Origin: Candidatus Saccharimonadales bacterium
Lineage (GTDB): Bacteria > Patescibacteriota > Saccharimonadia > Saccharimonadales > JBBQYC01
DNA: 64,000 nucleotides
Direction of reading: 5' to 3'
Assembly (NCBI GenBank): GCA_038209015.1
Contig: JBBQYC010000001.1
Coordinates: 18,974 to 82,973, forward strand
The position numbers were made by a program, and so were the translations under genes. How positions within the stretch are numbered: position 1 is the stretch's first letter; each line of letters begins with the position of its first letter. Below the pieces are notes generated by a model. That model was not told the origin of the DNA, made no database searches, and saw nothing but the letters and a program-made list of their open reading frames with translations. Positions 8,512 through 17,661 of this stretch are shown one piece after another.

Positions 8512-9216
8512 TTATTTTTTAGCTTTATGCCTTATATCATTCTTTGTTTCTTTTTGGGTAACTGCATCAGCAAGATTAACATTCAACCTATTGGCTAAAT
8601 GCACGAGGTATAGTTGCACATCTGCAAGCTCGTCTAATACAGAAACGTTTTCATAGCCTTCATCACGATTAAGCCCTTCGTTTTTACGAATTGCACGTGC
8701 TAACTCACCAATCTCCTCTGTAAGAAGCAACATTGTGTCTCTTGCGGATTCTTCTGCCCAGCCCCTACGTTTAGATATTCTTGCATAGTAGCTTTGCAGA
8801 CCATTTATTCCGTGTCCTGGTTTGTGAACTCTTTCCTGTACATCAGTGGGGCTTTTAACAACTTCTGTAATCATTTTTTCTATCAAAGGGTCAACAGGCT
8901 TTTCATCTGTATAAACGGGTATGCCAAGGGAGTGAGCATTGCCGATTTCAAAAGCCGCACTTAAGCCGACGTAACCAGAAGGAGCAAACAGCCACACGAA
9001 ATCTGCGTCACGCATTGCAGCAAGCAGCCGTTCTTCAATGGTGACAATATCATCATCTAGCTCGTGCTGTGCTCTCACAAAGTCTGCTTTTGGCTCAGTA
9101 AAATCTATGCTCTTAGGGCAAAGAATATCAAAATCAACAGACAAGCTTTCGTATAGCCGCCTAAGCTTCTCTTGTTCCTTTCGGAAGGTACCTATTAAAA
9201 CGACGCTTTTTCGCAT
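8512..9216 (-). CDS. Nucleoside 2-deoxyribosyltransferase-like domain fused to MazG-like NTP pyrophosphohydrolase
   Basis: N-terminal ADFVWL..PSGYVGLSAAFEIG.A...GIPV; C-terminal LTEEIGELARAIRK...ELADVQLYLVHLAN. Confidence 0.8.
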   Translation of the reverse strand: MRKSVVLIGTFRKEQEKLRRLYESLSVDFDILCPKSIDFTEPKADFVRAQHELDDDIVTIEERLLAAMRDADFVWLFAPSGYVGLSAAFEIGNAHSLGIPVYTDEKPVDPLIEKMITEVVKSPTDVQERVHKPGHGINGLQSYYARISKRRGWAEESARDTMLLLTEEIGELARAIRKNEGLNRDEGYENVSVLDELADVQLYLVHLANRLNVNLADAVTQKETKNDIRHKAKK

Positions 9217-9258
9217 AGTTCTATAGTAGCAGTTCAGCCATGACCCTCATGCACTCAG

Positions 9259-9362
9259 ACACCAGGCAGGATTCAAACTCATTTCAAAGTGTTAATCTCT
9301 GACCAACAAAAAAGAGATTGAATAGGGCTTCAATCTCTATCTATAATTTCACTCTGGTACAC
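9259..9362. repeat. Direct repeat copy 2, overlapping the tRNA-Arg 3' end
   Basis: Matches 8357-8460; contains the terminator AAAAAAGAGATTGAA...TTCAATCTCT. Confidence 0.9.
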
Positions 9363-9431
9363 CCGGCAGGATTTGAACCTACGACCTTCTGTACCGCAAA
9401 CAGACGCTCTATCCAGCTGAGCTACGGGTGC
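9355..9431 (-). tRNA. tRNA-Arg(GCG)
   Basis: GCACCCG acceptor, TCTGT-TTGCGGT-ACAGA anticodon arm, GGTTCAAATCC, CCA. Confidence 0.93.
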
Positions 9432-9929
9432 GCGTCAGAGTGAGGCTTTTGACTCGCTCTGACGCGCCAAGCACGCAGAGTCTCATCTTGTAGCTCTCCC
9501 TCCTCCTTTCTAGTTTTTTTAAACAGCCGAGCCCGCAAAGCCGACTCCTTGGTTTAAAAAAACTGATTCAGGGCAGTTAGACTGCCAGAAACAGGGGTGA
9601 TTGTAGCATATGGCTGAGTATAGTGCCAGAGGCAGCGTAAAACTGTTGGTTTTGTGTCTCAGTCACCATTAATAACCATAATAGTGTTAGATTGATTATA
9701 GAACTTATAAAAAATATAGGGTATCGTGCTAATTGAAGGGAGACTTCGGGTTATGGTACACAAAAAATTTATTCCGCGTTATTACGTGCGAGATAGCGAA
9801 ACGCAAGAACTGTGGTGTTTTACTGCGCCAGCCATCGCTGGGAAATAACGGAAGTTATAATTATTGGCTTTTGATGGTTCAGTACTTTGTGCTGAACTCG
9901 GTTTGGTCTGCTGCTACTATGTATTGCAT

Positions 9930-10023
9930 GGAAGAGTGGCCGAGCCCGGTTGAAGGCGCACGACTCGAAATCGTGTAAGTACGGCAACGTGCTTCGAGGG
10001 TTCGAATCCCTCCTCTTCCGCCA
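9930..10023 (+). tRNA. tRNA-Ser(CGA)
   Basis: CACGA-CTCGAAA-TCGTG anticodon arm, long variable arm, CCA. Confidence 0.95.
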
Positions 10024-10024
10024 G

Positions 10025-11029
10025 TTACTTTGGGTTCACCTGCGGTCTGATAATATTCTGTCTGTTTCGTGTCAGTCTGAGCACAATGAATAATAAAATC
10101 GCAATGAGTATTACAGCGCCACTATAAATGAGCGTTCGCTGTACCGCTAAATCAATTGCCTGAAAGACAATGTTATTGAGTATGTTGGCAAAGGAGCCAT
10201 CTTTGAACTGGGCTTTGAGGTTAGGTGATAGGGCCGGAAGAAGTTTACCGAATACAAGAGCCGATATTGCTAAAAACAACCCTGTTGAAAGGAGCGATTT
10301 TGCAACTCGGTCTAGACCAATACGCTTTGATTTTGCCAAAAATACTATAGCAATTGATGAGATAACTGCCAAAACTGCCATGGTTAGAGGGAGTGTTTGT
10401 AGCCTTTGAAAGCTATCTGAGATTCTATCCAAATCTTGTTGTTGCACATCCCCGATATCATCAAATGTAATAGTGGTATCAGGCAGAAAACCATCACTTG
10501 CAAGCAGTTCTCGCTCTATCTTCTGTGCTTCAGCATCCAGATTGATACCGGGGGGTTGGCAGTCAAGTTCAAACGGATCTGTTGTAGTAGGCAGCGAGGA
10601 GCACATTGGCAGGCCTTGGACACGCTGCTTTGCGTACTGGCTGACCCCTTTCGCAATTTCTCGCTTTTCATCTGCCAGGTTCAGAACATAATCCGGTTTG
10701 GGGACTTCCCCATTCAGCCACCTATACGTTCCATCTGAAATATCCTTGAATAATTCTTTTAAACGTTCCGGAGGAAACGTATCATTGGCGAGCTTCCGAA
10801 TCTTGGGGTCGTTCACGGGTACGGTATTTTCCGAGTCGTCCAGCTTGGCGGATTCATCGAGTATGCGGTTGATTATCGAATCATATGCGCCGCTATTTTC
10901 AACAAACGATTGGGTGGTCGAAGGTGAGCCTATGAGTGCAACGAGTACTGCAGCTGTAATTGCCAGCAGCACGGATACCCTTAGGGTTATCCGGCTTATC
11001 CAATAGAGAGCGTTTTGCCACCAATGCAT
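10025..11029 (-). CDS. Membrane protein (1+3 TM, large extracellular loop with Cys pair)
   Basis: Hydrophobicity pattern of the 334 aa ORF. Confidence 0.7.
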   Translation of the reverse strand: MHWWQNALYWISRITLRVSVLLAITAAVLVALIGSPSTTQSFVENSGAYDSIINRILDESAKLDDSENTVPVNDPKIRKLANDTFPPERLKELFKDISDGTYRWLNGEVPKPDYVLNLADEKREIAKGVSQYAKQRVQGLPMCSSLPTTTDPFELDCQPPGINLDAEAQKIERELLASDGFLPDTTITFDDIGDVQQQDLDRISDSFQRLQTLPLTMAVLAVISSIAIVFLAKSKRIGLDRVAKSLLSTGLFLAISALVFGKLLPALSPNLKAQFKDGSFANILNNIVFQAIDLAVQRTLIYSGAVILIAILLFIVLRLTRNRQNIIRPQVNPK

Positions 11030-11045
11030 GAGGGTATTGTATCAG

Positions 11046-12635
11046 TTAGTCACTGTTATGTGCGTTCAGTAGAGACGGCAGGTAGTGGTTTCGCCGTCCA
11101 ACCGTCACCGAAGCATCTGGATGAACAGTGAGAATCTGATATCCAAGCAGGTCGTGCGTTTGTTTATGGACGCTCAGTAGCACCATAGATGCATCGTCGT
11201 AAAGCGGACCAAACGTTGGCATATCACCACCTGCTCCACCGGAGCTAGCGCCGACTATTAGCAGACCTGCAGTATTAGTAGACGAAGTAATGTCTTCAAC
11301 TTGGTGTTTATGCATATGCCCAGACAATGCTACCTTGGCGCATCCGCGTTGTAGTGCGGTGTAGGCAGCATCGTGATCGTGAACTAAAAGGAAATCAACC
11401 GGCTCTGGTTGTGCGCAAGCTTCATGTGCCAGACGTTCGCCAATATCTACAACAGATTCTTCGCCAACTTGACGGATATTTACTCCAAACTGACTACGAC
11501 GTGGATCGCTATCACCGAGTATCGTTATTCCTTGTAGGGTGGTAGGCTGGCCGGTGAGCACGGAGAATCCTGCGCGGCTCATCTGCGGTCCTGTCACTGC
11601 TAGGTCATCATGGTTACCTAGGCTGGTCGCTTTATCGATTCCCTCAAGCGCTTTTCCTAGCGGCCCAATACACAACTCTTCATATTCCGTACCACTTGCG
11701 GTTACATCCCCACCATCCAATGCAAAGTCTATGGACTGTTGTTCTGCTACGGTTTCGATGACTCTACTCATCCCCGTATTACAGTGATAATCCGTTATAA
11801 ATAAGCCCGTTACTGATCTGTTTGTCGGCTGGAATGTCGGATGATCCTCAAGAGCTGCCTGCATATTGACGGCGGCTTGCTTATAAAATTGATCGTTACT
11901 GTTGATGTAGTCGAGTACTTCTACACCGGCTGTATTGACGGCCAGCTGCATCCACCTCCCTTTCACGAGCGCTCCTTCGAGCGGCGTATTCTCAAATAGT
12001 TCACTCACAGGTATGAACCCATCAGGTAGCTGTATTTCATGTGAAGCAGTTGGCATCTGTATTCCCAGCAAGCTAACGACGGCAGCGGCGGGAGCTAGTT
12101 TTCTCACTGCCGGCATTACGCGGGTTTCATACACTTGCCTTCGCGCATCACGACCCACAAATGTATACAGGGCAACGGTACCAGCCATAGCTATGAGTCC
12201 ATTGCGCGCTGCTTGCTTCCCTGTCTCTTTCGCAGTGTTCTGTAGATCGTCTTCTATGGTGGTGAGCATACGGGCATAGGATTGGAGTTCTTCAGGGCTG
12301 AGTTCAGATGGGTCAGAACCCAGTGATACATCAGCTGGCATTTCTTTGATGGTTATATGTGCCCCTACCCCGAACATATTTTTTTGAGGGAAGGCTATGG
12401 CGCCTGGCATACCCACGTCAAATGTCGCCAAACTATCGTACGAGACAGTGGTTACCGCTCGGTGACCACCTATGGTTGTTTCTGTGCCGATATGCTCTGC
12501 TGACAGTAGCGCCGACCCAACGCCGATGCCAAGAAGTGCTGCACTTTTTGCGATCTTAGGTAGAAGCCGCCGTTCCGGGGCGAATTGTAGTGTGTGTTGC
12601 GGCGCGACCGCTACCTCGGGGTTCGCCATATCCAT
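11046..12635 (-). CDS. Membrane-anchored calcineurin-like metallophosphoesterase
   Basis: DYH, GD, GNHD, H, GHMH motifs. Confidence 0.85.
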   Translation of the reverse strand: MDMANPEVAVAPQHTLQFAPERRLLPKIAKSAALLGIGVGSALLSAEHIGTETTIGGHRAVTTVSYDSLATFDVGMPGAIAFPQKNMFGVGAHITIKEMPADVSLGSDPSELSPEELQSYARMLTTIEDDLQNTAKETGKQAARNGLIAMAGTVALYTFVGRDARRQVYETRVMPAVRKLAPAAAVVSLLGIQMPTASHEIQLPDGFIPVSELFENTPLEGALVKGRWMQLAVNTAGVEVLDYINSNDQFYKQAAVNMQAALEDHPTFQPTNRSVTGLFITDYHCNTGMSRVIETVAEQQSIDFALDGGDVTASGTEYEELCIGPLGKALEGIDKATSLGNHDDLAVTGPQMSRAGFSVLTGQPTTLQGITILGDSDPRRSQFGVNIRQVGEESVVDIGERLAHEACAQPEPVDFLLVHDHDAAYTALQRGCAKVALSGHMHKHQVEDITSSTNTAGLLIVGASSGGAGGDMPTFGPLYDDASMVLLSVHKQTHDLLGYQILTVHPDASVTVGRRNHYLPSLLNAHNSD

Positions 12636-12706
12636 TCCTACCAGTATGGCAAATTATGACCCGAAGTTGAAGATAACTATTACAACGCGCCTGCTACACT
12701 GGATGT

Positions 12707-13105
12707 ATGAGCGATACGATTTTTACTAAAATTATCAAAGGCGAAATCCCAAGTCATAAAATCTACGAAGATGCATTGACACTGGCCTTCCTCGACATTC
12801 ACCCTCTTCAGCCTGGTCACACGCTCGTTATACCAAAATCTCAGATTGAGTTCGTTTGGGATTTATCAGATGCAGATTATCAGGCGGTAATGGCAACCAC
12901 TAAGCTAGTTGCGCTCCATATGAGGCATGTACTGCAGGTGCCGTATATTCACTCACGAGTTGTTGGTATAGATGTACCTCACGCGCATGTTCAACTTATT
13001 CCCTTCTCTGATGTTTCGGAGCTGCGTGTTCAGCAGGATATGTCGGTTGAACCGGACCATGATGAGCTCGCTCGACTTGCGGACCGTTTGCGAATAAGCC
13101 AGTAG
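12707..13105 (+). CDS. HIT family hydrolase
   Basis: IFTKII.GEIP...AFLDI.P...GHTLVIPK...VPHAHVQ. Confidence 0.92.
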   Translation: MSDTIFTKIIKGEIPSHKIYEDALTLAFLDIHPLQPGHTLVIPKSQIEFVWDLSDADYQAVMATTKLVALHMRHVLQVPYIHSRVVGIDVPHAHVQLIPFSDVSELRVQQDMSVEPDHDELARLADRLRISQ

Positions 13106-13137
13106 CGAAATCGTATCCACCACGCTATACTTAACAT

Positions 13138-13314
13138 ATGTTTTCCACAGGATTAATCGGCTTATTCGCCGGGCTCGGCGTAGCTGCATATGTATACAAC
13201 ATGATGTATAAAAACACTGGTGGTAATACCCAGTCTGCTCTCATTGTGGCTGCTATTGCTGGCGGATTTGTATGGATCGGCTTAGCAGTCGGTCTTAGTA
13301 TGCTTTCTAGTTAG
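13138..13314 (+). CDS. Small two-TM protein (58 aa), below the ORF-track cutoff
   Basis: MFSTGLIGLFAGLGVAAYVYNMMYKNTGGNTQSALIVAAIAGGFVWIGLAVGLSMLSS; TATACT 6 nt before ATG. Confidence 0.7.
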   Translation: MFSTGLIGLFAGLGVAAYVYNMMYKNTGGNTQSALIVAAIAGGFVWIGLAVGLSMLSS

Positions 13315-13371
13315 TACTAAACGGCTAGTTTCTATTGCTTAGACTGACCATAACTAGTACTATACTGTTAT

Positions 13372-13457
13372 ATGATCCCGTTAGAAATTGCGGGAAAAAG
13401 GGTGGTAAATGAATCATATTCAGTCAGATAACAGTTGGAAGGGTTTCTAACGGGATG
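13372..13457 (+). repeat. Start-codon-associated inverted-repeat element, copy A
   Basis: ATCCCGTTAGAAA...TGGAAGGG-TTTCTAACGGGAT(G): 13 bp perfect IR. Confidence 0.8.
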
Positions 13458-14354
13458 ACACAGGTGGGAGCCAGGCCAAAGAAGGCCTCAGGTGGTGCTG
13501 AAGCACAGACGAGTTCCGAGAAAGCACTCGGAGCGGCCTTGCAGGCTGCCCGAAAGGCAGCCGGACTGACTCAGCAAGAGCTCTGTCAGCGTTCAGGACT
13601 TAGTTACTCAACGCTTGCCAAGATTGAACGTGGCGCCATTAAGTCCCCTTCTATCTTTACTATTCAGTCTATTGCTGGTGCACTTGGAACTGATCTCAAC
13701 GGGCTAATGGGCGTTAGCTCACCGCTCAAACCAGCTAAAAAAATAACCAAGAACGGTGTCAGTTTCATCTATTTTGATATCAACGGCTGCTTGGTAAGGT
13801 TTTTCCACCGGGCGTTCACCAAGCTGGCACATGACACAGGCGCATCACCAGATACGATTGAAACGACATTTTGGCACTACAACGATGCGGTTTGCCGCGG
13901 CGAAATGTCTATGGATGAGTTCAATGCGATTATGGCCAAGCAACTTAAATCCGATTCTATCGACTGGATGCAGTATTATCTGGCATCTGTTGATCCCATC
14001 ATGGAGATGCACGAGTTGGTTACCTGGGCTTCCGGCCAGTACGCAATTGGTCTTCTAAGTAATATTATGCCCGGATTTATTGACGCTATGCTGAAACAAG
14101 GTATCCTGCCTAAAGCCGATTACCAACATATTATTGATTCGTCTCAAGTTGGTGCTATTAAGCCAGAAAACACCATTTATGAAATTGCTGCTCAAAAAGC
14201 AGGCGTCTCACCCCAGGAAATATTGCTGATAGATGACTCCAGAACAAACCTTATGGCAGCAGAACGAATGGGCTGGCGGGTACTTTGGTTCGACGATTAT
14301 CGCCCAGATGAGTCTGCAGCTCGCGTTCGCGCCTCTATAGAACCAGCAAATTAG
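13455..14354 (+). CDS. XRE-family HTH fused to a HAD-superfamily phosphatase
   Basis: RKAAGLTQQEL...YSTLAKIERG; YFDINGCL, LSN, KP, IDD. Confidence 0.88.
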   Translation: MTQVGARPKKASGGAEAQTSSEKALGAALQAARKAAGLTQQELCQRSGLSYSTLAKIERGAIKSPSIFTIQSIAGALGTDLNGLMGVSSPLKPAKKITKNGVSFIYFDINGCLVRFFHRAFTKLAHDTGASPDTIETTFWHYNDAVCRGEMSMDEFNAIMAKQLKSDSIDWMQYYLASVDPIMEMHELVTWASGQYAIGLLSNIMPGFIDAMLKQGILPKADYQHIIDSSQVGAIKPENTIYEIAAQKAGVSPQEILLIDDSRTNLMAAERMGWRVLWFDDYRPDESAARVRASIEPAN

Positions 14355-14500
14355 CCCAGATAATACCAGATAAAGTAACCCATCAAGACCATTGGTATGC
14401 CAACTATTATCGCTGGTCTCCATATCAAGCCTAGAAAATTCAGTAGAAGACCGATACCTATGAGGCTGAAACCAAATTTTTCGACTTTGTTTAATTTCAT
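14351..14500 (-). CDS. Small two-TM protein (49 aa) translationally coupled to valS
   Basis: ATGA overlap with the valS stop; MKLNKVEKFGFSLIGIGLLLNFLGLIWRPAIIVGIPMVLMGYFIWYYLG. Confidence 0.55.
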   Translation of the reverse strand: MKLNKVEKFGFSLIGIGLLLNFLGLIWRPAIIVGIPMVLMGYFIWYYLG

Positions 14501-17043
14501 ACGAACTGTGTTTGTGTGTGCTGTAGGGTTTTTAATGCTTCTTTAGTATCAGTTAGTTGCTGTTTCGTCTCATCTACGAGACTCTTCGGTGCATTTGCTA
14601 CATATGATGTATTCGACAACCGTTTTTCAAGATTTTTGATGTGCTGCTGGGCGGTATCTATCTGCGCTTGCAGCTTGTTTCGGTATGCTTGGATGGTTTT
14701 ATCGTCTAAATCCAGCCATGCTTCTGCAGATGTAAGCCTAATACCGCCACTAATTTCACCGCGCTCTACGCTGTTAAGACGCCCTAGCGATGCAATCAGA
14801 TGCTCATGAGCCGCTATCACTGGACTGCTGCTGAATACCAATCTTGATTTACTCACCCCAAGACTGGATTGGATGAAACGGATCTCACTAACCACGTCTT
14901 TTACTGCCTCAAACTGGTCAGCTTCATCGGCGTACGAATCTTCTAAGGCTCGCGGCCACGCACTCGTAATCAGTAAGTTTTCATCTTCCCATCTTAGGGT
15001 TTGCCAGATAGTTTCAGTGACGAATGGGACTAATGGATGCGCGAGCTTTAGAATTGTCTCAAGTGCATAGGCTAGCACGCTAGGGTTAGGCTGAACTTTG
15101 CTGGCTTCGATATACCAGTCTGCCAAATCATCCCAAACTAAATGGTAGATATATTCTGCGGCTTCAGAAAATCGATAGGTTTCGTACAAACGCGCCATAT
15201 CGGTCACAGATAGTTGTAATTTACGCAACATCCAGGCATCTGCATCTGTATGCACGGTTGGGTTGGAACGCAAATGGTACTCATCACCAATCTTATCTTC
15301 TATATAGCGTGCAATATTCCACAGTTTGTTGCAGAAGTTGCGTGCATCCTCTACCTTACGGGGGTCATAGCCTCTGTTTACAGCTGGAGCTCTGCCGGTA
15401 GTGAGTCCAAGCCGCAGCGCATCTGAACCGTACGCGTCTATTACTTCTATAGGGTTAATAACGTTGCCCTTGCTCTTACTCATTTTAGAGCCGTCTTCGG
15501 CCATGACGTAGCCATGAATATACACTTCCTTAAATGGAATGTCCCCTGTTACGTAGAGTCCGAGCATTATCATTCTTGATACCCATGGGTAGAGAATCTC
15601 GCCACCGGTTTCCATCAGGCTGTTTGGGTAGAAATCTTTGAATAGGTCGCCATCAGGATAGTTCATTGTTGCATATGGCCAACTGCTGCTGCTAAACCAG
15701 GTATCAAATACATCTGGATCTCGGCGGTATGTTTTTCCGTCAATTTCAATCAACTCTTGATCTATCGTGTCGTTATACATCCATTCATCTTCATCATCTA
15801 TGTTTTGGAACGCCGGGATTGGGATACCCCAGATGATTTGTCGACTAATATTCCAATCGCGCAGATTTTCGAGGTAGGTTATCAGCTGGGTTCGCTTGCT
15901 ATCTGGATAAAATGTAATTTGTTTCTGTTCGAGCGCCTTAATTGCCGGCTTCGCTAGAGGTTGCATATCAACAAACCATTGCTTCATAAGCATCGGTTCT
16001 ATAACTGTTTTACAGCGGTAGCATTTACCAACACGGTTTTTGTATTTTTTATCAATTTTAATGAGTAAACCTTTTGCTTCTAGTGCATCAGCTACCGCTT
16101 GGCGTGCTTCGAGCACGGGCATATCGCGGAAACGCCCTGCCCTCTCGTTCATAGTCCCGTCATGGTTAATAACGCGAACAGCAGGTAAATTATGACGCTG
16201 CGCGACCTCCCAGTCATTCGGATCATGGGCAGGAGTTATCTTTACGACCCCTGTTCCAAAGTCTCTGTCTACCATTTCATCAGCAATTACGTCGACTTCA
16301 AACGGGCCTTCCACGCCCTCTATAGTCAGGCGCTGGCCAACATATTTCTGATAACGAGTATCATCTGGGTGCACAGCTACAGCCGTATCACCGAACTTTG
16401 TTTCTGGTCGGGTAGTAGCTAGCTCAAAAGGTCCGTACTTTATGTAGTACAACGGCGTCACGGCATCCTCATATTCAACCTCAACATCAGCAAAGCCTGT
16501 GCGATGGAAGGTACAGTAATTTACCAGCCTTTCACCTCTGTAAATGAGTCCTTCATCCCACATTTTTTTAAATGTAGCGTGGGCCTGTTTGGTGACTTTC
16601 GGATCGAGCGTGTAGGTATAACTCTGCCAGTCCACGCTGGCTCCAAGACGTCGGTATTGGGATTCATACACCCCCTTATTCTCTGCTACAAATTCCCATA
16701 TCTGCTTGTATAAATCGTTGCGCTTAAAATCGAACCGGCTCTTCCCTTCCTTGTTCAGGTGTTTTTCATACACGTCTTGTGTTTCAAACCCCGCATGATC
16801 TGAACCGGGCAGCCATAGCGTTTTATCACCTTTCATACGGTGATAACGGATGGCGGTATCCTGAAGTGCAAACATAAGGCTGTGTCCGACATGTAAGTTC
16901 CCGTTTGCATTCGGGGGTGGCAGCACTATAGAGTAGGTTTCACCTGTTCCCCGATCTTTTGGCGTAAATGCGCCACTCTTTTCCCAGAGAGAGTAGATAT
17001 CAGATTCGTAGGCGTGCGGATCATACGTTTTGGGTAAATTCAT
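14497..17043 (-). CDS. valS: Valine--tRNA ligase
   Basis: PPPNANGNLHVGH, DWNISRQ, KMSKS, C-terminal coiled coil. Confidence 0.97.
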   Translation of the reverse strand: MNLPKTYDPHAYESDIYSLWEKSGAFTPKDRGTGETYSIVLPPPNANGNLHVGHSLMFALQDTAIRYHRMKGDKTLWLPGSDHAGFETQDVYEKHLNKEGKSRFDFKRNDLYKQIWEFVAENKGVYESQYRRLGASVDWQSYTYTLDPKVTKQAHATFKKMWDEGLIYRGERLVNYCTFHRTGFADVEVEYEDAVTPLYYIKYGPFELATTRPETKFGDTAVAVHPDDTRYQKYVGQRLTIEGVEGPFEVDVIADEMVDRDFGTGVVKITPAHDPNDWEVAQRHNLPAVRVINHDGTMNERAGRFRDMPVLEARQAVADALEAKGLLIKIDKKYKNRVGKCYRCKTVIEPMLMKQWFVDMQPLAKPAIKALEQKQITFYPDSKRTQLITYLENLRDWNISRQIIWGIPIPAFQNIDDEDEWMYNDTIDQELIEIDGKTYRRDPDVFDTWFSSSSWPYATMNYPDGDLFKDFYPNSLMETGGEILYPWVSRMIMLGLYVTGDIPFKEVYIHGYVMAEDGSKMSKSKGNVINPIEVIDAYGSDALRLGLTTGRAPAVNRGYDPRKVEDARNFCNKLWNIARYIEDKIGDEYHLRSNPTVHTDADAWMLRKLQLSVTDMARLYETYRFSEAAEYIYHLVWDDLADWYIEASKVQPNPSVLAYALETILKLAHPLVPFVTETIWQTLRWEDENLLITSAWPRALEDSYADEADQFEAVKDVVSEIRFIQSSLGVSKSRLVFSSSPVIAAHEHLIASLGRLNSVERGEISGGIRLTSAEAWLDLDDKTIQAYRNKLQAQIDTAQQHIKNLEKRLSNTSYVANAPKSLVDETKQQLTDTKEALKTLQHTQTQFV

Positions 17044-17125
17044 CGTGTTAGAAACCCCTTCCAGTTAAGTTCAAAGTGTTAAGTATATCTGTTTCTAATT
17101 TGGGGTAATTTCTAACTTGATTCAT
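17041..17125 (-). repeat. Start-codon-associated inverted-repeat element, copy C
   Basis: ATGAATCAAGTTAGAAA...ACTGGAAGGGGTTTCTAACACG-ATGAAT. Confidence 0.75.
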
Positions 17126-17169
17126 CCCACCACTATAACAAGCAGCTAACAGAAATGCCACCCCTGTTA

Positions 17170-17221
17170 ATTTTCATGTGAAAAGTTAGCAATAAGAACC
17201 AAAGGTTTTCACGTGAAACCT
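17170..17221. promoter_or_regulatory. Two parS-like palindromes
   Basis: TTTTCATGTGAAAA (17171-17184) and GTTTTCACGTGAAACC (17205-17220) versus consensus TGTTTCACGTGAAACA. Confidence 0.55.
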
Positions 17222-17367
17222 TATGTGCTTACTTCCAACCGTTTTCCTACGTGCAATTCTGATGGTCTTCAGAACAATACCGTTTTTATTTTCATAAGCA
17301 GTATACCAGATGAATTAACAGGGAAGCAATATTGACCTAGTCACTAAAAACTGCTATAATCAGTCTA

Positions 17368-17661
17368 ATGAAATCGTATGAAGCCGGACAACCGGAACTA
17401 GTTATAATTGCTGAAATGACCGGTGAAGAATTATGTGCACCTTCTGGTATTTATGACCCAAATCTCGACAAAGATCTTACTAATTTTTCTGCAATCGAGC
17501 TCATAGAGCAAGCACAGGGCAGTCAAGGGGTGTGCTTAAATAGTAATGGGTATTTGTCTCCAGAGGCGGCGGCTTACAATTCTCAGCTCCACCGGAATAG
17601 GGAGCTAACCGTTGAGCGAATGCTATTTGCGGTTATCTCAAAGCGTCCACCAAAACAATAG
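17368..17661 (+). CDS. Hypothetical protein
   Basis: ORF directly after TTGACC...TGCTATAAT. Confidence 0.6.
   Translation: MKSYEAGQPELVIIAEMTGEELCAPSGIYDPNLDKDLTNFSAIELIEQAQGSQGVCLNSNGYLSPEAAAYNSQLHRNRELTVERMLFAVISKRPPKQ

Noticed and set aside
9283-9295. 13 bp match TTCAAAGTGTTAA with 17070-17082
   Set aside because: AT-rich 13-mer matches are expected by chance in 64 kb, and there is no flanking similarity.
13377-13454. Integron attC interpretation of the GTTAGAA...TTCTAAC element
   Set aside because: The box order is the reverse of attC (RYYYAAC...GTTRRRY), the copies sit at gene starts rather than ends, and no integron integrase is present.
17150-17170. T-box riboswitch upstream of valS (AACAGGGGTGGCAT on the - strand)
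   Set aside because: It lacks the ACC of the T-box bulge, UGGC does not match the tRNA-Val discriminator, and no stem I or terminator is recognisable.
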